DNA from: Octopus sinensis | Taxonomy: Eukaryota | Direction of reading: 5' to 3' | Length of the DNA stretch: 64,000 bases | Assembly (NCBI RefSeq): GCF_006345805.1 | Contig: NC_043024.1 | Location: 10,602,001 to 10,666,000, forward strand | Shown here: positions 61,231-64,000 of the stretch, in pieces | How the letters are laid out: every line of letters starts with the position of its first letter | Position numbering within the stretch: the first letter of the stretch is position 1 | Notes under the pieces: model-generated | What the model saw: the letters and a program-made list of their open reading frames with translations, nothing else | What the model was told of the DNA's origin: nothing | Database searches by the model: none | Translations under genes and position numbers: made by a program

Positions 61231-61994
61231 TATGTGTATATATATATATATATACAATAGGCTTCAACACAGTTTCTATCTACTAAATTCACTCACAAGG
61301 TATTGGTCTCTGACTGAGACTATTGTAAAAGACACTTGCTTGAGATGCCATGCTGTGGGACCAAACCTGAAACTATGTGATTACAAAGCAAGCATCTCAA
61401 CCATGTAGCAATGTCCTTTCTCCATGTAGCAATGTCCTTTCCTCCAGGGTTCAAAAATTTCACTGAAATTTTTCAAAAAGATGTATTTCATCAACTTTCC
61501 TTCAAATTTGTTGCTGTTACTGTTGTCGTCTTCATCCTAGCTAATCAAGCAGTGTAGATCAATGATTTCTCTGATATTTTTCTGGTAGACATATCCGACA
61601 AATATTCCTTCATATTTCTAAATGTTCATGCATTCTATATCTCTATGAAGCTGTTGCGTATTAAATTTCAAGCCTGTCTTTTCTCCAGAGAATTCCTGTT
61701 TTAACAACGAACACTTGACTGTCGTTGCTATGTTGTTCCCTTGGTGACATTTCCTCACTGTCTTTTATAAATGTTGTTGAAAAAATCTTCAACATCCTTT
61801 CAACTTGAGTGTATATAACCTGTAGTTGTATATTCTTTTAATATGTAATTTCATGCATCGTGTGTGTATATATGTATATATGTATGTATGTTCGTTTTTT
61901 TGTATGTATTAGTATATCTAAATAGCTATATGCATATATGTGTCTCTGTGTATATATGTATATGTTCACATGTATATTCTTTAATTTTTTTATT

Positions 61995-62382
61995 TGATCC
62001 AGTCATTTGACTGTGGCCATGCTGGAGCACTGCCTTCAGTCGACCAAATTGACCCCAGAACTTATTCTTTGTAAGCCTAGTACTTATTCTATCGGTCTCT
62101 TTTATCGAACTGCTAAGTTACAGGAACGTAAACACACCAGCATCAGTTGTCAAGTGATGTAGTGGGGACAAACACACACATACAACAATACACACATGTA
62201 CACACACACACAGACATATATATATCACGGGCTTCTTTCAGTTTCCGTCTACCAAATCCACTCACAAGGTTTTGGTCGGCCCGAGGCTATAGTAGAAGAC
62301 ACTTGCCCAAGATGCCACGCAGTGGGACTGAACCCGGAACCATGTGGTTGGTAAGCAAGCTACTTACCACACAACCACTCCC
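61995..62382 (-). mobile_element. SINE family A, full length
   Basis: Matches other copies on the minus strand. Confidence 0.9.
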
Positions 62383-62404
62383 GTATGTTCACATGTATTT
62401 TATT

Positions 62405-62735
62405 TGTGTATGTTCATTGATCGTTGCCAGTGTCGTCTTACCAGCACATGTGCCAGTGGCATGAGAAAAACAACATTCGAGAGTGGTTGTTACCAGTGCC
62501 GCTAGACTGGCTCCCATGCAGGTAGCACGTAAAAAATGCCGTTTGAGCATGGTCGTTGCCAGTACCGCCTGACTGGCCCTCGTGCCGGTGGCACGTAAAA
62601 AGCACCCACTACACTCACGGAGTGGTTGGTGTTAGGAAGGGCATCCAGCTGTAGAAACTTTGCCAGATCAGATTGGAGCCTGGTGCAACCTTCTGGAAAG
62701 CGGACGTTAAGCTACGATGATAATGATGATGATGT
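62405..62735 (+). mobile_element. Family C, internally deleted, followed by (GTAT)n to ~62945
   Basis: gtgccggtggcacgtaaaaagcacccactacac ... gcggacgttaagctacgatgat. Confidence 0.85.
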
Positions 62736-62845
62736 ATGTATGTATGTATGTATGTTGTATGTATGTATGTATGTGTGTGTGTATGTATGTATGTATGTAT
62801 GTGTGTGTGTGTATGTATGTATGTATGTATGTATGTATGTATGTA

Positions 62846-62880
<35 letters not shown>

Positions 62881-62946
62881 ATGTATGTATATATGTATGT
62901 ATGTATGTATGCATGCATGCATGTATGTATGTATGTATGTGTGTAT

Positions 62947-63205
62947 AGGTCCCATTGGTTAGAGTGTCAGACTCACAATCATGAGGTAGTGAGTTCAATT
63001 CCTGGACCAGGCTGTATGATGTCTTCTTGAGCAAGACACTATTTCATGTTGCTCCAGTTCAGTCAGCTTTAGAAGAAATGAGTTGCAACATCACAGGTGC
63101 CAAACTGGTATGCATGGTATGCTGGTATGCATGGGTGACTGCTGGTCTTCCATAAACCACTTTACCTGGACTTGGGCCTCGGAGGGGAACTTTCCAGGTG
63201 TAATC
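62947..63205 (+). mobile_element. SINE family E (tRNA-like head, CORE-like centre)
   Basis: ggtcccattggttagagtgtcagactc...gagttcaattcctgg; central cttgagcaagacact...gttgctccagttca. Confidence 0.65.
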
Positions 63206-63324
63206 TCTTCACAGTTTCACTCATTTAAAACCTAGAAATAATTATAAAAAGATTAAGTTATTCAACTTAATTAATTACTTTCTTCGTTAACTGAAACCTA
63301 ACCTAATATGTTTTATCTTTTTCC

Positions 63325-63640
63325 TTTTCTCTTTTTCCTCTTCCTCTTCCTCTTTCATCTCCTCCTCCTCATCTTCCTCCTCAACTTCCTCCTCCTCTTC
63401 ATCTTCCTCCTCCTCAACTTCCTCCTCCCCCTCATCTTCCTCCTTCTCATCTTTCTCCTCCTCTTCCTCCTCCTCATCTTCCTCTTCTTCCTCCTCCTCA
63501 TCTTCCTCTTCTTCCTCCTCCTCATCTTCCTCTTCTTCCTCCTCCTCATCTTCCTCTTCTTCCTCCTCCTCTTCCTCCTCCTCCTCATCTTCCTCCTCTT
63601 CCTCCTCCTCATCTTCCTCCTTGTCTTCCTCCTCCTCTAT
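63325..63640. repeat. (CCT/CTT)n polypyrimidine tract
   Basis: Directly visible; ends ~110 nt upstream of the candidate exon. Confidence 0.95.
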
Positions 63641-63752
63641 CTTGTGATTCAACTCAACCTTACCCCCTCACCCTTTTTTTACCTTTATGAATTTTTTTTT
63701 CCTCTCAACCACTCCTTCTTCCCCCCTGACTTCTACTCCCTCCCCCTTGTAG

Positions 63753-63833
63753 GCAATGTCCTCCGCACCTGGACGCTGAATGCGGTACAGCAGCAAATCG
63801 CAGCTTACATCTACAACACCATGTCTGCTGTGG
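63753..63833 (+). CDS. Candidate internal coding exon of an unidentified host gene (81 nt, phase 1-1): (G)NVLRTWTLNAVQQQIAAYIYNTMSAV(G)
   Basis: Branch-point-like ctgac at ~63726, pyrimidine tract, tgtag|G acceptor and G|gtaagt donor. The length is divisible by 3, the frame is open and the sequence is non-repetitive. Confidence 0.7.
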
Positions 63834-64000
63834 GTAAGTTCTTTTAATCATTAATCGTCAGTCTTTAACCGTTAATCTTTTACCTGCTATTTACTTCAGT
63901 CATTGGACTGCAACCGTACTGGGGTCCCACCTCAAAGGGTTTTTGCATTTTGCTTGCTTGCTTGCTTTGTGCTCTTGCTTCATAGGGCTGGGGTCATCCC

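Overview
This is AT-rich eukaryotic DNA, saturated with microsatellites and retroposons. The repeat content points to an octopus (cephalopod) genome; that host call is an inference. There is a 100-N scaffold gap at 9472-9571. No complete host gene is present. The only convincing host coding signal is one 81-nt internal exon at 63753-63833 (+), so most of the window may be intronic. The largest element is a near-full-length CR1-clade LINE (704-4598, minus). It sits inside a SINE, and the ORF2 frameshifts I traced in the RT region are 1-nt deletions in short homopolymers. Also present are several R4/Dong-clade fragments in (TAA/TTA)n arrays and RTE-clade LINE fragments, with a PHD-type finger in ORF2 and a modular, tandemly expanded 3' UTR that also occurs as many solo copies. 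There are at least four SINE families, MITE or foldback elements, and several satellites. The most unusual signals are two minimal type-I hammerhead-ribozyme-like motifs with non-canonical cores: a G3:C8 swap inside an 87-bp palindrome (~46.5-46.7 kb) and a U6 variant (~61.15 kb). Nearly all other ORFs in the supplied track are translations of microsatellites. SINE family labels A-E are my own. Repeat boundaries were read by eye and are approximate to about 10-20 nt unless a junction sequence is quoted.
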